Part shown: piece by piece, positions 1 through 11,300 of the stretch | Position numbering within the stretch: the stretch's first letter is position 1 | Layout of the letters: every line of letters starts with the position of its first letter | From: Oscillospiraceae bacterium | Lineage (GTDB): Bacteria; Bacillota; Clostridia; Saccharofermentanales; Saccharofermentanaceae | Reading direction: 5' to 3' | Assembly: GCA_902782125.1 (NCBI GenBank) | Contig: CACZMA010000003.1 | Location: 87,429 to 151,428 of the forward strand | Length of the DNA stretch: 64,000 nt | Position numbers and translations under genes: made by a program | The notes under the pieces: model-generated | Seen by the model: the letters and a program-made list of their open reading frames with translations, nothing else | What the model was told of the DNA's origin: nothing | The model's database searches: none

Positions 1-91
1 GATCGACCGTCGGAATTGTCCTGACCTGCAGCTTCGCGTATTCCTTATCCTGCATCCCCATGAGCACTTTGGTAAGATCTTTGTTGTTCAT
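1..91 (-). CDS. 5' fragment of a probable DNA alkylation repair (AlkD-like) protein, runs off the left edge
   Basis: Manual translation from ATG at 91 gives MNNKDLTKVLMGMQDKEYAKLQVRTIPTVD, resembling N-termini of clostridial DNA alkylation repair proteins. GAGGTGA RBS upstream. Only 30 codons are visible. Confidence 0.5.
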   Translation of the reverse strand, partial: MNNKDLTKVLMGMQDKEYAKLQVRTIPTVD

Positions 92-98
92 CAGCTGC

Positions 99-1268
99 TC
101 ACCTCTTCTTCAGGATGCAGACGCATTCACATGATTCGGCCCAGGGGAACATATCGCAGGGCTCGGCGACTTCTGTGTAATAGCCTTTTGCTGCAAAGAG
201 TCTCAGGTCTCGTGCGAGGGTATCGGGACCACACGATACATATACGATCCTCGAAGGTGCCAGCTTCGCACATGCATTGATGAATCTCTTGGTGGTTCCG
301 AGCCTTGTCGGATCAAGGATCACTATATCGCACCTGCCGCCCGCGGAAGCCAGTTCCTCCATATACTCCGTCGCATCGGCGCAGACAAAATCCACATTCT
401 TAACGCGGTTGAGAGAGGCGTTCTTGACAGCATCTCTTACCGCATCGGGATTGAGCTCGACTCCGGTTACGTGGTTCGCATAAGGAGCGACACAGATGGA
501 TATGGTGCCTGTCCCGCAGTAGCAGTCAAGGACCTCTTCTTCCGGTCCCGGCTTTGCCAGCCTGATCGCCGCAGAATAGAGGAGCTCTGCCTGTTTTCTG
601 TTGACCTGGTAGAAGGAAGATGCGGATATCCTGAACTTCTTCCCGAGAAGCTCGTCCGTAATATACCCCGGACCCGTCTCTCTTCTTATGACATCTCCCA
701 AGATCATGGAATTGTGACCGCGGTGTATGCTGATCAGTATCGTTGTTATCTCGGGATGGAGCTTCATGAGCTCCTTGATGAATGCATTCTTCTTGGAGAA
801 ATACCTGCTTCCTATGACCAGGACGACCATTACTTCCCCTGTCGCCTCCGCCACCTTGACCAGGACCTTGCGCAGTTCGCCCGTGCCCGTGGCTTCGCTG
901 AACACGTTTACTCTGAGGCGGCCTGCGATCGAAGCGCAGTCGCGGATTATTGCACCCGCGGTCTCGTTCTCGAGAAGGCAGTCGTCAACGCTTACTATGT
1001 GATGTGAAGACCTCTCATACGGACCGCAAACGATGCGTCCGTTCTTAAGTCTCTTATATGCCGAGTGGACTTTGTTCCTGTAGTGGAACGGAGCCTCGCA
1101 GACGATGATCGGATTGATCTTTATCCCCTTAGGGAGAAGATCCGTCATCATCTTCTGCTTTGCAGTCGCCTGCTCCATGTAACTGCAGCCGGTATAGGCA
1201 CAACCACCGCACTTGTCCGCATAGGGACAGTTGTTTACGGGATTGTCCTCCTTACCGCGCCTGGCCAT
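99..1268 (-). CDS. rlmD: 23S rRNA m5U methyltransferase (RlmD/RumA family), apparently without the N-terminal TRAM domain
   Basis: CPYADKCGGC Fe-S motif, SFYQVN, LDCYCGTGTI SAM motif, ILDPTR, YVSCGPDTLARDL, DMFP; 389 aa. Confidence 0.9.
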   Translation of the reverse strand: MARRGKEDNPVNNCPYADKCGGCAYTGCSYMEQATAKQKMMTDLLPKGIKINPIIVCEAPFHYRNKVHSAYKRLKNGRIVCGPYERSSHHIVSVDDCLLENETAGAIIRDCASIAGRLRVNVFSEATGTGELRKVLVKVAEATGEVMVVLVIGSRYFSKKNAFIKELMKLHPEITTILISIHRGHNSMILGDVIRRETGPGYITDELLGKKFRISASSFYQVNRKQAELLYSAAIRLAKPGPEEEVLDCYCGTGTISICVAPYANHVTGVELNPDAVRDAVKNASLNRVKNVDFVCADATEYMEELASAGGRCDIVILDPTRLGTTKRFINACAKLAPSRIVYVSCGPDTLARDLRLFAAKGYYTEVAEPCDMFPWAESCECVCILKKR

Positions 1269-1269
1269 A

Positions 1270-2124
1270 TTACTCTGCTCCGCAGATCTTTACGCAATTA
1301 TCCACAACATGCTTGAGAAGAACAGATGTTGTAACGGAGCCAACTCCTCCCGGTACGGGTGAGATCGAATCTACGATAGGTTCGACTGCATCGTAATCTA
1401 CATCACCGCAGAGCTTGCCTTCGCTGTCGACATTCATGCCGACGTCTATTACTATCTGACCTTCGCGGACGAAGTCGGGTGTGACCATTCGCGCAACGCC
1501 GCAGCATGCCACGATGATATCTGCAGCACGGCACTCTGCCTTGATGTCGGCAGTCTTGGTGTGGCATACGGTAACGGTAGCATTCTCGGTTATGAGAAGG
1601 AGCGTGACGGGCTTGCCGATGACAAGGCTCCTGCCTATGACGACGGCCTTCTTGCCGCGCGTCTCGATACCGTAGTGGCGGATCATGCTTATGACGGCTT
1701 CAGCCGTGCAGGGCGCAGCTGCATCCTTGCGGCCCTCTATCACTCCCGCGAGATTCCTCGAGTTCATGAAGTCAACATCCTTGCCGGGGTCTATCGTCTC
1801 TATGATGTGGCTGTCGGACAGGTGTTTGGGAAGCGGTCTGAAAACGAGGATGCCGTGAATGTTGCTGTCTTCGTTCATCTTGTCGAAAGCGCTGTCCAGC
1901 TCTTCCTGGGTGCACTCCGCATCCAGCACCGTTACGTCGACCTTGCAGTCGCAGGACTCGAACTTCTTGAGAAGACCTCTCTCATATGCGAGGTCGTCGC
2001 CTCTCTCTCCTACTCTCAATACACCGAGAGTGGGGATGACGCCTTTGCCTGCGAGTCCTTCGATAGCAGGCTTAAGGCCTGATACGATGCTCTCCGATAC
2101 TTCTTTGCCGCCTAATCTTGCCAT
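1270..2124 (-). CDS. folD: Bifunctional methylene-THF dehydrogenase / methenyl-THF cyclohydrolase
   Basis: HGILVFRPLPKHL, KDVD, PCTA, VIGRSLVIGKP, VIDVG, PVPGGVGSVT motifs. Confidence 0.93.
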   Translation of the reverse strand: MARLGGKEVSESIVSGLKPAIEGLAGKGVIPTLGVLRVGERGDDLAYERGLLKKFESCDCKVDVTVLDAECTQEELDSAFDKMNEDSNIHGILVFRPLPKHLSDSHIIETIDPGKDVDFMNSRNLAGVIEGRKDAAAPCTAEAVISMIRHYGIETRGKKAVVIGRSLVIGKPVTLLLITENATVTVCHTKTADIKAECRAADIIVACCGVARMVTPDFVREGQIVIDVGMNVDSEGKLCGDVDYDAVEPIVDSISPVPGGVGSVTTSVLLKHVVDNCVKICGAE

Positions 2125-2134
2125 ATATTCTCCC

Positions 2135-2752
2135 TTATTCGCCCATAAGGCTCTTTCTTACTGTCTCATATGTCTCGTCGCAGCTCGTCCTTACCTCTGC
2201 GACGGCCTTGATCGTCTTCTCATTCAGGTCTTCTGCGTATGCGCGGTCCTTCATGAGCTTGGTATTGATGTATACGTTCATGGCAGCGCCTTCAGCTGCG
2301 GATCTGCAGAGCGCGGCGCCGACTCCGACATCGCTTATCGCGAGCCTCGAGCCGATCACTGCGAGGCGCTCAAGGATCCTGGCCGTCTCGCAGGCCTTGA
2401 CCACCATCTCATAGGGAGCGCTTGCTGCCGTCTTGAGGCATGACTCCAGTATCTCATCTCTGCCGGGTTCGTCTTTCGGGATGGAATATGCCTTCGCCAG
2501 AGGCTCGAAGACCTCTGCATCCTTCTCCACGAGCGTCTTGAAATCGTCGCGCAGTGCACCTGCCTTGGCGATGATCTCCTCTATCTCAGACTGATACTCA
2601 GCGTATTTCTTCTTGCCTGTGGTGAGATTGCCTACCATTGAGCCCAGTGCCGCAGACATTGCTCCTGCAGCTGCCGAAGCTCCTCCGCCGCCCGGTACCG
2701 GTGCAGCCGAAGACAATTCTTCAAGGAACAGTTCCATGCTCTTCTCGATCAT
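2135..2752 (-). CDS. fchA: Formiminotetrahydrofolate cyclodeaminase / methenyl-THF cyclohydrolase (FTCD_C family)
   Basis: LSSAAPVPGGGGASA, AISDVGV, NVYINTK motifs. Start set to ATG 2752 after GAGGTG RBS. Confidence 0.85.
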   Translation of the reverse strand: MIEKSMELFLEELSSAAPVPGGGGASAAAGAMSAALGSMVGNLTTGKKKYAEYQSEIEEIIAKAGALRDDFKTLVEKDAEVFEPLAKAYSIPKDEPGRDEILESCLKTAASAPYEMVVKACETARILERLAVIGSRLAISDVGVGAALCRSAAEGAAMNVYINTKLMKDRAYAEDLNEKTIKAVAEVRTSCDETYETVRKSLMGE

Positions 2753-2802
2753 AAGTACACCTCTTTCAAAACCTGTAACCATACTATTATACAAGGAAAT
2801 AC

Positions 2803-2835
2803 AAAAAGTGCCGCCTCAATATAAGGCAGCACTTT
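2803..2835 (-). terminator. Intrinsic terminator of the NlpC/P60 gene
   Basis: AAAGTGCTGCCTTA-tatt-GAGGCGGCACTTTTT hairpin with U-tract on the minus strand. Confidence 0.75.
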
Positions 2836-2857
2836 GTCATTGTTTTGGTCAAATCCG

Positions 2858-4108
2858 CTACTGGATCATTCGCTTGATGTCTCTTATGGCCATCATGTCG
2901 AGGTTACCGTATTTTACGACGTCTCCGCTTCGTGATGCGTGGATAACCTGTCCTCCGCCAACATAGATCGCGACGTGTCCGCAGTAGCTTCCGTAGTCAT
3001 AGCATATGACATCTCCGACCTGAAGGTCGCTTCGCGGTACGCTTATGCCGTAGCTGTTGCAGATGGCATTCGCTCCGTGAGGCAGATAGACGCCGGCCTG
3101 TGCGTAGCAGTACATTACGAGACCCGAGCAGTCGATTCCGTCATAGGAAGCACCGCCGTATACATAGTCAACACCGAGGAATGTAGCCGCGAGGTTCGCG
3201 ATATCCTGACCGGTCCAGCCTGTGGAAGGAAGCGTTGACGGATCGCCGTATGACTTGGAGTAGCCGCCTCCGCCGCCACCGCCTCCGCCGCTTGACTTCG
3301 GCTTGGGTGTGGGGGTAGGTGTAGGTGTCGGAGGAGGAGTCTGCGTCGTATATGAGATATATACGTAACCCGTAGAACCTCCGGGCGTTGTTACCTTGTA
3401 CCACTTATCACCGACGATAGCGCTGCAGATGAGCTTGTCCTCGTCATTGACGACCGTGACCTGTTCACTCTGAGTTGAAGGTTCGGATCTTACGATGAGG
3501 CTGTCCGTATCTACCCATACCGTACGGTCGATGCTGATCTCGAGCATCGTATCCTGGATGGAGTCGGTAAGGACATATCCTTCCTGTCCGTCTTCCGTCT
3601 GGATCTTGGACCATGTATCGCCGATTCCGATCCTCGTGACTTCCTGTCCCAGATGAAGCTGGCAGATAGTCACGGAGTCCATGTTGGGTGTCTCCTTGAG
3701 GATGGAAGCATTTGCTCTTATGTAGTAGGTGGTGTTGTCAGCCGCAAAACACTGCACATCGAGAAGTTCGATCGGAAGGTTGGACTGATCATATTCCTGA
3801 TAGACGATATACTTGGGAACATCCGAGAAGCTTGTCTCCTGCTCGGCGGCTGCTGCCTGGGCGCCGGTATCGTATGTACCGTTGCTTACATCTGCGAGCA
3901 CAACGCCCTCGCCTACAATATCCTGCGCCTCAACAATGGTGCCTGCGCCTTCCTGGATACCAAATACCTGAGCATATGCTCTCGAGATTATAAGTGCGGG
4001 ACTGACTCCTGCCCTGATACCTATCGGCAGACAAATGACCGGTACGGCCGCAAAGAAACCTACGATAACTGCGAGTATATGCTGTTTACGGTTGTGCTTA
4101 TAAACCAA
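2858..4108 (-). CDS. Membrane-anchored SH3-SH3-NlpC/P60 (C40) peptidoglycan endopeptidase
   Basis: N-terminal TM segment, two SH3b-like repeats, PTPTPT/poly-Gly linker, DCSGLV catalytic Cys, GHVAIY and IHAS His residues. Confidence 0.9.
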   Translation of the reverse strand: MVYKHNRKQHILAVIVGFFAAVPVICLPIGIRAGVSPALIISRAYAQVFGIQEGAGTIVEAQDIVGEGVVLADVSNGTYDTGAQAAAAEQETSFSDVPKYIVYQEYDQSNLPIELLDVQCFAADNTTYYIRANASILKETPNMDSVTICQLHLGQEVTRIGIGDTWSKIQTEDGQEGYVLTDSIQDTMLEISIDRTVWVDTDSLIVRSEPSTQSEQVTVVNDEDKLICSAIVGDKWYKVTTPGGSTGYVYISYTTQTPPPTPTPTPTPKPKSSGGGGGGGGGYSKSYGDPSTLPSTGWTGQDIANLAATFLGVDYVYGGASYDGIDCSGLVMYCYAQAGVYLPHGANAICNSYGISVPRSDLQVGDVICYDYGSYCGHVAIYVGGGQVIHASRSGDVVKYGNLDMMAIRDIKRMIQ

Positions 4109-4197
4109 TGCAGTTTGCTCCCTTTATTATTATGCGCTCATTATACATTGCCATAGCATGCCGTTGCACGCTATTTTCAGGCAAAAATGCGTAAATA

Positions 4198-4227
4198 AAC
4201 GCCGGGAGAACAGACTCTCCCGGCGTT
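4198..4227 (-). terminator. Intrinsic (possibly bidirectional) terminator after rpoC
   Basis: Perfect 12-bp stem AACGCCGGGAGA-acagac-TCTCCCGGCGTT. Confidence 0.8.
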
Positions 4228-4278
4228 ATTATAAACTTTATGGCAGCCTTATTGCTTTACAATTACAAGTCAAATGAC

Positions 4279-7200
4279 TTAAATTCTGTCTCTGTCGAGC
4301 TCGAGCTTAGCTGCTGCTTCCCTGTCCTGCTCGTCGAGGATCGCATCCTTCTCCTTAACGGCCTCGAGGTAAGCGTTCTCGAATAGAGCCTCGTCAGAAG
4401 CTTCGCTTCCGTACTCGTGACCTGTGATGAGGTTTGCATTCTCTCTGATAACAGGAACTGCCGTGATATCGTTGTGAGCCTTGATACCTGTACCGGCAGG
4501 GATGAGGGAACCGATGATAACGTTCTCCTTGATACCTGTGAGGTTGTCTGTCCTGCCCTTGATGACTGCGTCTGTGAGGACCTTCGCAGTCTCCTGGAAG
4601 GATGCTGCAGCCATGAAGGAATCAGCAGCGGTAGCAGCCTTGGCGATACCGAGGAGGATGATGTTGCCCTTTGCGGGTGTAAGACCCTGCTCCTCGCAAT
4701 CTCTGTTCTTGGAGATGAAGTTATACCAGTCAACAGTAGTACCTGTCATGAAGCCTGTGTCGCCCGGTTCATCGATCTTGACACGTCTCATCATCTGCTT
4801 TGCGATGATCTCGATGTGCTTGTCGTTGATGTTAACACCACCGCCTGAGTAGTAAACCTTTGTGATCTCGCTGATGATGTACTTCTGAACGGCACGGATA
4901 TCCTTAACCTTGAGGATCTCCTTAGGATCGATCTTACCGTCGATGATCTGATCGCCGGCTTCGATGAGCTCGCCGTTCTTAACTGTCAGCGTAGCGTGTG
5001 AAGGAACCTTGTACTCAACCTTCTCGATCGGGTTGCCCTTTGCATCGAGGATAGGCTGTGTATCTGCATCGTATACAGGTGTAACGACAATGGTCTTCTG
5101 CTTTGTCTTCTCATTCTCAACGATCCTGACACTACCGGGAACAGAAGAGATGATACCGTGACCCTTAGGATCTCTTGCCTCGAAGATCTCTGTAACTCGA
5201 GGGAGACCCTGAGTGATATCTTCACCGGAAGCAGCGATACCGCCGGAGTGGAACGTTCTCATCGTAAGCTGTGTACCAGGCTCACCGATGGACTGAGCAG
5301 CAATGATACCGACAGCCTCACCGACTGCGACCGGACGGCCTGTAGCGAGGTTGATACCGTAGCACTTTGTGCAGACACCGCGTCTGGAACGGCAGTCGAA
5401 TACGGATCTGATCTTGATCCTGCCGAGGTGCTGGATCTCTGTCTCTGAGAGGACCTTGCCGGAAGCCTCTGCCTCAGCGAGCTTGGCTGCAGCCTTCTCG
5501 TCTCTCTCGGCGATCTTCTCGGGAGTCTCCTCGCCCTTGATCTTGACGGAGTCAATGACCTTCTGGCGTGCTTCTCTTGCAGCTTCCTTAGCCTTATCAA
5601 CGGAATCGCAGATAGCCTCTGCCTTGAGTGCGTCGATGAGCTCGTCCTTTGCAACGATGACTTCGCCTGTCTGGAGGTTCATGATGTCCTCAGCGGCATA
5701 ACGGCCATACAGACGATCGTAAAGTGACTTGATAACGTTGACCTTGTTGTTGGATGTCTCGGTGATCTCCTTGACCCATGTGAAGTCATCGGTACCGCAG
5801 TCTGTCTCTGTAACAACGACGGACTGGGATACGTCAACGAGACGACGTGTAAGGTATCCTGACTCAGCGGTCTTGAGAGCCGTATCGGAGAGGGCCTTAC
5901 GTGCACCGTGTGATGAGATGAAGAACTCGAGCACGTTCATACCTTCACGGAGGTTGGACTTGATCGGGATCTCGATAGTAGCACCGGTCGTATCCTGCAT
6001 GAGTCCACGCATACCTGCGAGCTGCTTGATCTGTGATGTGGAACCACGGGCACCGGAGTCAGCCATCATACGGATAGGATTATAGATATCAAGGTTCTCC
6101 ATGAGGGCCTTGGTGATATCGTCTGTTGTCTTCTCCCAGACCTTAACGACCTGCTTATGGCGCTCGTTCTCTGTGAAGAAACCTTCCATAGCAGCTTCGT
6201 TGATCTCGTCGACCTCAACGTCACCTGCAGCGATCATCTTATCCTTGATGTCAGGGATGATCATGTCTTCGATACCGATGGAGATACCGGAGATCGTTGA
6301 ATACTTATAACCCATTGCCTTTACGTCATCGAGGAATACTGTTGTTCTCTCGAGGCCGTGAACTGCAATGCATCTTGCAATGATCTTCTCGAGCTTCTTC
6401 TTGCCCATTGCAAACTCTGTCTTGCCGCCCTTCTGATCAGCGATCTTAGGGAAGTCGATCTCGAGCTTGAGGTGATTCTCGGGGATGGATCTGTCAACGA
6501 ATCCGAGGTCCTGAGGAACTACCTCGTTGAAGATGAATCTGCCGAGTGTGGACTCTACGAGACCTGTCTCGATCTTGCCGTCGATCTCTCTTGAGACGCG
6601 GACCTTGATCATTGCATGAAGTGTGAGCTGGTGCTGATCGTAAGCCATGATAGCTTCGTCAACGGATGTGAAAGCCATACCCTCACCCTTGTCGCCCGGA
6701 ACTTCCATCGTGAGATAGTAGCATCCGAGGATCATATCCTGTGAAGGAACAGTGATCGGCTTACCGTCCTGAGGCTTGAGCAGGTTGTTGGTAGAGAGCA
6801 TGAGCAGTCTTGCCTCTGCCTGTGCTTCAGGAGAGAGCGGTACGTGTACAGCCATCTGATCTCCGTCGAAGTCGGCGTTGAATCCGGTACATACGAGCGG
6901 ATGGAGCTTGATGGCACGGCCTTCTACGAGTACAGGCTCGAATGCCTGGATGGAAAGTCTGTGGAGCGTAGGCGCACGGTTCAGGAGTACCGGATGATCC
7001 TTGATGATGTCTTCGAGGACATCCCAGACCTCAGGTGCTCTGTTGTCCACGTCCTTACGTGCTGTCTTGATATTGAGCTTGTCATTTGTGTTAACGAGCT
7101 TCTTGATTACGAAGGGCTTGAAGAGCTCGAGTGCCATCTCCTTAGGAAGACCGCACTGATGCATCTTGAGCTCAGGTCCGACGATGATAACCGAACGGCC

Positions 7201-8244
7201 GGAGTAGTCAACACGCTTACCGAGCAGGTTCTGTCTGAAACGTCCCTGCTTACCCTTGAGCATGTCGGAAAGTGACTTGAGCTGTCTGTTGGAAGTAGCG
7301 GATGTGGAGCCCTTGACAGGTGTGCCGTGACGGCCGTTGTCGATAAGAGCGTCAACTGCTTCCTGGAGCATTCTCTTCTCGTTCCTTACGATGATCTCAG
7401 GTGCGCCGAGATCGAGGAGCTTCTTAAGACGGTTGTTTCTTCCGATAACTCTTCTGTAGAGATCGTTAAGATCTGATGTAGCGTAACGGCCGCCGTCGAG
7501 CGGAACCATAGGACGGAGTTCCGGAGGAAGAACCGGGATAACATCCAGGATCATCCACTCAGGCTTATTGTCGGAAGCCTTGAAAGCCTCGCAGATCTCA
7601 AGTCTCTTGTCGATCTTGAGTCTTCTCTGTGTGCTTACGGAACCTGCCTTCTCAGCTGTCAGTTCTTCGATGATGGCATCAACGTCAACCTGTGAGAGCA
7701 GGATCTTGATAGCCTCAGCGCCCATTCTTGCGTCGAAGCCCTTCTTGCCGACCTTAGCCACTACCTGCTTGTACTGGTCTTCAGTCAGGATGTCCATCTT
7801 GTTGAGACCTGTCTCTTCCTGGTTGCCCGGATCGAGTACGATGTACTTTGAGTAGTAGAGAACGCTCTCGAGCTGCTTTACTGTCAGGTCGAGGATGGTT
7901 CCGATCTTAGAAGGCTGAGTCTTGAAGTACCAGATGTGTGATACGGGGCAAGCGAGCTCGATGTGGCCGAGTCTCTCACGGCGGACGGTGTTCTTTGTTA
8001 CCTCAACGCCGCACTTGTCGCAGATCATTCCCTTGAATCTGATCTTCTTGTACTTACCGCAACGGCACTCCCATGACTTCGTGGGTCCGAAGATCTTCTC
8101 GCAGAACAGACCGTCTACTTCAGGTCTCTGTGTACGGTAGTTTATAGTCTCAGGCTTCTTGACTTCACCGTGAGACCAGTCTCTGATGGTCTGGGGTGAA
8201 GCAAGCTGGATGCTTATTTTTGTTATACGATTTGTGTCGTTCAT
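4279..8244 (-). CDS. rpoC: RNA polymerase beta' subunit
   Basis: CRCGKY zinc site, [12 protein letters not shown] active site, [12 protein letters not shown] trigger loop. Start moved to ATG 8244 after GGAGAC RBS. Confidence 0.99.
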   Translation of the reverse strand: MNDTNRITKISIQLASPQTIRDWSHGEVKKPETINYRTQRPEVDGLFCEKIFGPTKSWECRCGKYKKIRFKGMICDKCGVEVTKNTVRRERLGHIELACPVSHIWYFKTQPSKIGTILDLTVKQLESVLYYSKYIVLDPGNQEETGLNKMDILTEDQYKQVVAKVGKKGFDARMGAEAIKILLSQVDVDAIIEELTAEKAGSVSTQRRLKIDKRLEICEAFKASDNKPEWMILDVIPVLPPELRPMVPLDGGRYATSDLNDLYRRVIGRNNRLKKLLDLGAPEIIVRNEKRMLQEAVDALIDNGRHGTPVKGSTSATSNRQLKSLSDMLKGKQGRFRQNLLGKRVDYSGRSVIIVGPELKMHQCGLPKEMALELFKPFVIKKLVNTNDKLNIKTARKDVDNRAPEVWDVLEDIIKDHPVLLNRAPTLHRLSIQAFEPVLVEGRAIKLHPLVCTGFNADFDGDQMAVHVPLSPEAQAEARLLMLSTNNLLKPQDGKPITVPSQDMILGCYYLTMEVPGDKGEGMAFTSVDEAIMAYDQHQLTLHAMIKVRVSREIDGKIETGLVESTLGRFIFNEVVPQDLGFVDRSIPENHLKLEIDFPKIADQKGGKTEFAMGKKKLEKIIARCIAVHGLERTTVFLDDVKAMGYKYSTISGISIGIEDMIIPDIKDKMIAAGDVEVDEINEAAMEGFFTENERHKQVVKVWEKTTDDITKALMENLDIYNPIRMMADSGARGSTSQIKQLAGMRGLMQDTTGATIEIPIKSNLREGMNVLEFFISSHGARKALSDTALKTAESGYLTRRLVDVSQSVVVTETDCGTDDFTWVKEITETSNNKVNVIKSLYDRLYGRYAAEDIMNLQTGEVIVAKDELIDALKAEAICDSVDKAKEAAREARQKVIDSVKIKGEETPEKIAERDEKAAAKLAEAEASGKVLSETEIQHLGRIKIRSVFDCRSRRGVCTKCYGINLATGRPVAVGEAVGIIAAQSIGEPGTQLTMRTFHSGGIAASGEDITQGLPRVTEIFEARDPKGHGIISSVPGSVRIVENEKTKQKTIVVTPVYDADTQPILDAKGNPIEKVEYKVPSHATLTVKNGELIEAGDQIIDGKIDPKEILKVKDIRAVQKYIISEITKVYYSGGGVNINDKHIEIIAKQMMRRVKIDEPGDTGFMTGTTVDWYNFISKNRDCEEQGLTPAKGNIILLGIAKAATAADSFMAAASFQETAKVLTDAVIKGRTDNLTGIKENVIIGSLIPAGTGIKAHNDITAVPVIRENANLITGHEYGSEASDEALFENAYLEAVKEKDAILDEQDREAAAKLELDRDRI

Positions 8245-8330
8245 ATATCTGAAGTCTCCTTCCAATTCGCGCTGCCGTCAGCTTCATCTTAACGGCGGCA
8301 AGGCCTTGCTATTACTTGATTGTCTCCGGA

Positions 8331-11300
8331 TCAGAGGTCGTCACCGTCACCGTCGAAATCATCACCGTCGAAATCATCCTCTGCGATATTGCCGAGCTCG
8401 TCGGATTCAACGAATCCCTCGCTCAGGATATCTGAAGGAACGACCTCATCTTCACCATCAACGTTACGACGCATTGCTTCGTCCATCTCGCTGATAGACT
8501 CGAAGGAATCCTTGTTCTCAGGTGTGTATTCCTTATCGTCGGTATATGTTCTGACATCAAGCGCAAGAGCCTTAAGCTCGTTGACAAGGACGTTGAAGGA
8601 TTCGGGGATACCCGGCTCCGGTACGTTCTTGCCGCGGATGATGGCATCGAAAGTCTTCGATCTGCCCTCGATATCGTCGGACTTGACCGTAAGGATCTCC
8701 TGGAGAGTGTGAGCTGCGCCGTATGCTTCGAGCGCCCAAACTTCCATCTCACCGAATCTCTGTCCGCCGTTCTGGGCTTTACCGCCGAGAGGCTGCTGAG
8801 TAACGAGTGAGTAAGGTCCTGTGGATCTTGCGTGCATCTTATCGTCAACAAGGTGGTGCAGCTTCATGTAGTACATAACGCCTACCGTTACCCTGTTCTC
8901 AAAAGGCTCACCGGTACGGCCGTCGTAGAGGACTGTCTTACCGTCTGAGTCGATGCCTGCAAGCTTGAAAGCGTCTGCGATGTCGTTCTCGTTCGCACCG
9001 TCGAAGACAGGTGTTGCGATCTTCCAGTTGAGCGCTCTTGCAGCTCTTCCGAGGTGTACCTCGAGGAGCTGGCCGATGTTCATTCGTGAAGGAACGCCGA
9101 GAGGGTTGAGGCAGATATCAAGTGTTGTACCGTCCGGGAGGAAAGGCATATCTTCCTCAGGAAGGATCCTGGAGACGACACCCTTGTTTCCGTGACGTCC
9201 TGCCATCTTATCGCCGACAGAGAGCTTACGCTTCTGAGCGACATATACGCGGACTCTCTTGTTTACGCCGTTCTTGAGATTGCCGTTGGTCTCCTTTGTG
9301 GAAACAACGACATCTACTACTACGCCGCCGCCGCCGTGAGGAACACGCTTGGAGGTATCCTTTACCTCACGTGCCTTCTCACCGAAGATAGCCTTGTAGA
9401 GTCTCTCCTCTGCTGTCTGGTCTGTCTCACCCTTAGGCGATACCTTACCGACGAGGATGTCTCCGTCCTTGACCTCGGCACCGATGATAACGATACCGTC
9501 TTCATCGAGGTTGGAGAGAGCTTCATCAGAGACGTTGGGAACCTCTCTTGTGATCTGCTCGGCACCGAGCTTTGTCTCACGTGCCTCACACTCATGCTCT
9601 TCGATATGGATGGATGTATAAACATCATCTCTTACGATTCTCTCGTTTACGAGAACGGCGTCCTCGTAGTTGTAACCTTCCCAGGTCGTGAAGCCGATGA
9701 GAACGTTTCTTCCGAGAGCGAGCTCGCCGTTGTCCGTAGCAGGACCGTCAGCGATCGTATCGCCTGCCTTGACCTTCTCACCGATCTCGACGATAGGGCG
9801 CTGGTTGATACATGTGCTCTGGTTGGATCTCTGGTACTTGGAAAGTGTGTACTTATCAACTGTGCCGTCCTTAGCGGTTACTTCGATCCTGTCAGCGGAT
9901 ACGAAGGAGACAACACCGTCGTGAAGTGCAACGATACATACACCGGAGTCCTTAGCGGCACGGTATTCCATACCTGTACCGATGATAGGTGCCTCAGGCT
10001 TGATAAGAGGTACGGCCTGACGCTGCATGTTCGAACCCATCAGCGCACGGTTCGCGTCGTCGTTGCCGAGGAACGGGATAAGGCTGGTGGATACGGATAC
10101 GAGCTGCTTAGGAGATACGTCCATGTAGTCGATCTGTTCGGGATCGAGCTGCAAGAACTGGTCGAGGTGACGGCAGACGATCTTGTTGTTCTCGAACTTG
10201 CCGTTATCGTCAACGGGCTCGTTAGCCTGAGCGATGTTGTAATCATCCTCTTCGTCGGCAGCCATGTATCTTACTTCGTCAGTTACGACCAGCTTCTCCT
10301 TGTCGAACTTTCTGTAAGGAGTCTCGATGAAGCCGTACTTGTTGATACGTGCATAGATAGCCAGAGACGTCATAAGACCGATGTTCTGACCTTCCGGTGT
10401 CTCGATCGTACACATACGTCCATAGTGTGTGGGGTTGATATCACGGACTTCCATTGAAGCTCTCTCTCTGGAGATACCGCCGGGGCCGAGAGCCGAAAGT
10501 CTTCTCTTGTTCGTAAGCTCAGCCAGAGGGTTGTTCTGGTCAGCAAAAGCCGAGAGCTGGGAAGAACCGAAGAATTCACGGAAGGAAGCTGAGAGAGGTC
10601 TTGTGTTAACAAGGCTCTGTGCCGTAACGACTTCGCCGTCCTTGCCGGAGATCTGGGAGATCCTGTCTCTTGTGTTCTTCTCAACACGAGCGATACCTGT
10701 ACGGAGCTGGCTCTGGAGAAGCTCGCCGACAGATCTTACACGTCTGTTGCCGAGGTGGTCGATGTTATCGATCCTGCCTACGCCTCTGTGGAGTCCGAGG
10801 TAGTAGGAAACGAATGCATAGATATCATCCGTTGTGAGGCAGCGGGGCATGAGCTCTTCCTTACGCTCATAGAGCGCGTTCTCGAGATATCCTGCGATAT
10901 CCTTGCCGCCGTTAGCTCTTGCATCCTCGATGATCTCGCGGAGAATGGATACTCTTACCTTCTCGTTTACGGGTGTGTTGTTGATATCGAAGTTCTTGAG
11001 GTCCTTCTTTGCAAAGCTGTTCCTGATGAATGCATCGGGATCAACTCTGCCGTTACCGATGACCTTGAGCGGCTTCTCATCGAAATCATCCTCATCGGCA
11101 GCCTTAACGAGCTTCCTGGGGAAGATGATTACGTAAGGAACGCCGGCCTCGTCGATCTTGTTAGCGATCTCGGGAGTAACGACAACGCCCTTCTTGGCAA
11201 TGAGCTCACCGTCTTCTGTAGTAACATTCTCGGCGATCTTCTGGTTGATGATCCTTCTGCCGATCGCGAGCTTCTTATTGAGCTTGAAGATACCTACACG

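Noticed and set aside
2753-2857. THF riboswitch ahead of fchA-folD
   Set aside because: Only about 50 nt lie between the upstream terminator and the start codon, with no aptamer features.
3255-3350. GC-rich CCG/GGT runs
   Set aside because: They encode the poly-Gly and PT linker of the NlpC/P60 protein.
8341-8380. 15-bp tandem repeat CACCGTCGAAATCAT
   Set aside because: It encodes the acidic DDFDG repeat at the RpoB C-terminus. It is not a CRISPR array or VNTR locus.
9192-10457. 421-aa plus-strand ORF antisense to rpoB, plus many similar antisense ORFs over rpoC, fab and pnt
   Set aside because: These are shadow frames of strongly codon-biased genes, with no RBS or recognisable motifs.
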